A stretch of DNA of 34,787 nucleotides from a virus (lineage: Duplodnaviria; Caudoviricetes). This document shows, piece after piece, positions 34,507-34,787 of this stretch. A program made the translations under genes and the position numbers. The stretch covers positions 1-34,787 of IMG/VR virus record IMGVR_UViG_3300032212_000099, one strand, 5' to 3'. The notes under the pieces were generated by a model, which worked only from the letters and a program-made list of their open reading frames with translations, ran no database searches and had not been told where the DNA came from. The stretch's first letter is position 1. The number at the start of each line of letters is the position of its first letter.

Positions 34507-34787
34507 GCGTCCACATCGCCGGTCCTTGCGGAGGTTGGCCGTCCTGGCGCGCGGGGCTCATGCGGACTCGCTTTCATCGGGCGTCCACCCGTCGATGTTC
34601 TCGCCAAGCGCCGCGATCCCCTCGAGCCAAGTGCGAAGGGTGGTGACCTCGAGCTCTGTTGCGTCCACATCGCCGGTCCTTGCGGAGGTTGGCCGTCCTG
34701 GCGCGCGGGGCTCATGCGGACTCGCTTTCATCGGGCGTCCACCCGTCGATGTTCTCGCCAAGCGCCGCGATCCCCTCGAGCCAAGTG
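34507..34787. repeat. Exact 127-bp direct repeat (34507-34633 and 34661-34787) at the window end
   Basis: Identical sequence with a 154-bp period. Confidence 0.9.

Larger units (their letters stand above)
1..34787. mobile_element. Podovirus-like temperate phage/prophage, incomplete at both ends
   Basis: TerS/TerL-portal-scaffold-MCP-adaptor-nozzle-ejection gene order; no tape measure or sheath gene; opposite-strand replication/recombination arm; att-like tRNA fragment. Confidence 0.95.

Noticed and set aside
1-34787. Stop-codon reassignment
   Set aside because: TGA, TAG and TAA all end well-defined genes, and the breaks are frame changes rather than in-frame stops.

Overview
The whole window is a near-complete genome segment of a high-GC, probably temperate, podovirus-like tailed phage or prophage. 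The left end (1-2886) carries a 3' fragment of tRNA-Arg(TCG) with flanking repeats (att-like), small early genes behind duplicated sigma70-like promoters, and two convergent Zn-ribbon proteins. The + strand (2893-24942) is a packaging and virion operon: TerS, four inserted small genes, TerL, a GNAT protein, portal, scaffold, major capsid, adaptor, split nozzle, three ejection-type proteins, a tail protein and holins. The - strand (24934-34787) holds a Cys-rich lipoprotein moron, a Dam-family MTase, a papain-like protein, a frameshifted dUTPase, an amidase endolysin, a replication initiator with ori-like repeats, VRR-NUC, ERF and Gp157. The lipoprotein style and GC content suggest a myxobacterial host (inference). 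No integrase or classical repressor is visible, so the element is incomplete. Several homopolymer frameshifts are probably sequencing errors. All family assignments are by motif recognition, not database search.
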